DNA of 64,000 nucleotides from an uncultured Pelagibacteraceae bacterium (GTDB lineage: Bacteria > Pseudomonadota > Alphaproteobacteria > Pelagibacterales > Pelagibacteraceae), in assembly GCA_902582845.1 (NCBI GenBank), contig CACHTQ010000001.1, positions 61,059 to 125,058 of the forward strand. The letters run 5' to 3'. Position numbers and translations under genes: made by a program. Below the pieces are notes generated by a model. That model ran no database searches. It was not told the origin of the DNA and saw nothing but the letters and a program-made list of their open reading frames with translations. Positions within the stretch are counted from its first letter, which is position 1, and each line of letters begins with the position of its first letter. Below, piece by piece: positions 62,643 through 64,000 of this stretch.

Positions 62643-64000
62643 ATGACTTCTAAATTATGGAAAGATTATAACGCTAAAAATGCATATGATGGTTATTTTA
62701 CTGCAGATAACAAACTTAGAAAACACGCAAAAATAATATCTGGAATTTTAGAAAAATACGGCAAAAAGAAATTACAAGAAATTGAAAAAAATTGTCAGAG
62801 TACGATTAGCGCAAGGGGAATAAATTTTAGAGTATATGCTGCCAATAATAGAGCTGAAGAAAAAAAATGGCCTTTAGATATTATTCCAAGAATAATACCT
62901 AAATCTGCTTGGAACAAAATTTCAAAAGGCTTAAAACAAAGAGCTAAAGCTTTAAATCTTTTTATTGATGACATCTACAATCAAAAAAAAATTTTTAAAG
63001 ACAAAATAATCCCTGAAGATATCATTCTTAAATCACCATACTATATAAAACAGTGTGAAGGTTTTTCACCAAAATTTAAAGCTTGGTCAAATATATCTGG
63101 GATCGATTTGATTAGAAACAAAAATGGAGAATACCTAGTTCTTGAAGACAATTTAAGAGTACCATCAGGTGTTTCATATATGCTGGAGAACAGAATGGTT
63201 ATGAGAGATGTTTTCCCAGAGTTATTTACTAGATACAAAGTTTCATCAATCCACCAATACACTAATAAATTATATAATTGTATGGTTGAATGTATTCCAA
63301 AAAAGACTGCTAATCCCCATATGGTTGTTTTAACTCCAGGAATTTATAACTCTGCTTACTTTGAACACTCATTTTTAGCAGAGCAAATGGGAATAGCTTT
63401 AGTTGAAGGTAAAGATCTTTTTGTTGAAGATGATAATGTTTATATGAAAACTGTTAAAGGGCCTCTTAAAGTTGACTGTATATACAGAAGACTTGATGAC
63501 AGTTTTCTAGATCCCAAAGTATTTAATAAAGAGTCTTTAATTGGAGTACCAGGTTTATTTAAGTGCTGGTTAAAAAAAAATGTTGGTATCTTAAATGCAA
63601 TAGGAACAGGTGTTGCAGATGATAAAGTTGTCTATTCATATGTTAATAAAATGATAACTTATTATCTGGGTGAACAACCTCTATTAAATCAAGTAGAAAC
63701 ATATTTATGTCATGAAGAACAACAAAAAAAATATGTTTTAGAAAATCTATCCAAGTTAGTTGTAAAACCGGCAAATGCCTCAGGTGGTTATGGATTAATG
63801 ATAGGACCCAAGGCGCCTAAAAAAGAAATTGAAGAGGTAAAACAAAAAATTTTAAAAAATCCAAGAGAATTTATTGCTCAACCATTAGAAGTACTGTCAA
63901 CAGGACCAACCATTACCGATAATAATATCGAACCAAGGCATGTTGATTTAAGACCATTCGTTTTAACAGGAAAATCAAATTATGTAACTTCAGGTGGACT
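62643..64000 (+). CDS. Circularly permuted ATP-grasp type 2 ligase (runs off window end)
   Basis: Manual translation from ATG 62643: WPLDIIPRII, GLKQRAKALNLFIDDIY, GIDLIR, VLEDNLRVPSGVSYMLENR, LTPGIYNSAYFEHSFLA, YRRLDD, GTGVADDK, PRHVDLRPF. Confidence 0.92.
   Translation, partial: MTSKLWKDYNAKNAYDGYFTADNKLRKHAKIISGILEKYGKKKLQEIEKNCQSTISARGINFRVYAANNRAEEKKWPLDIIPRIIPKSAWNKISKGLKQRAKALNLFIDDIYNQKKIFKDKIIPEDIILKSPYYIKQCEGFSPKFKAWSNISGIDLIRNKNGEYLVLEDNLRVPSGVSYMLENRMVMRDVFPELFTRYKVSSIHQYTNKLYNCMVECIPKKTANPHMVVLTPGIYNSAYFEHSFLAEQMGIALVEGKDLFVEDDNVYMKTVKGPLKVDCIYRRLDDSFLDPKVFNKESLIGVPGLFKCWLKKNVGILNAIGTGVADDKVVYSYVNKMITYYLGEQPLLNQVETYLCHEEQQKKYVLENLSKLVVKPANASGGYGLMIGPKAPKKEIEEVKQKILKNPREFIAQPLEVLSTGPTITDNNIEPRHVDLRPFVLTGKSNYVTSGG

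Noticed and set aside
1-64000. CRISPR array, rRNA, IS elements or riboswitches
   Set aside because: No regularly spaced repeat-spacer array, rRNA-like tract or transposase ORF seen; intergenic spaces are too short and no riboswitch consensus was recognised

Overview
AT-rich, densely packed alphaproteobacterial chromosome segment. Gene content, order, short spacers and Lys/Asn/Ile-rich proteins point to the SAR11/Pelagibacterales lineage (inference). Bases 1-15.6 kb hold housekeeping genes (gatBAC, yqgF, pyrB, pyrC-like, plsY, topA, RidA, ugd, galU, panC, mgtE, lipB, RluA). Bases 15.6-44.2 kb are one minus-strand run from tRNA-Tyr/Gly-tuf-tRNA-Trp-secE-nusG through rplKAJL, rpoBC, str, S10, spc and alpha genes; rpmD is absent and no tuf follows fusA. 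Accessory content starts after rlmB. (i) A four-gene GDP-deoxysugar cassette (ColD-like dehydratase, SDR reductase, DPM1-like GT2, Gmd). (ii) A ~3 kb integrase-less islet at tRNA-Leu(TAA). It is bounded by a 111-bp imperfect duplication of the tRNA 5' half plus promoter that starts exactly at the anticodon loop, and it has att-arm-like repeats at both ends. It carries a tightly coupled PrsW protease / PDZ-fused pentameric ligand-gated ion channel / DUF805 operon, the best candidate for an undescribed system. (iii) A glucosylglycerate-type synthesis/phosphorolysis/ABC-uptake locus. (iv) An Anbu proteasome-type protease divergent from a circularly permuted ATP-grasp ligase. All calls rest on motif recognition by eye; no searches were run.
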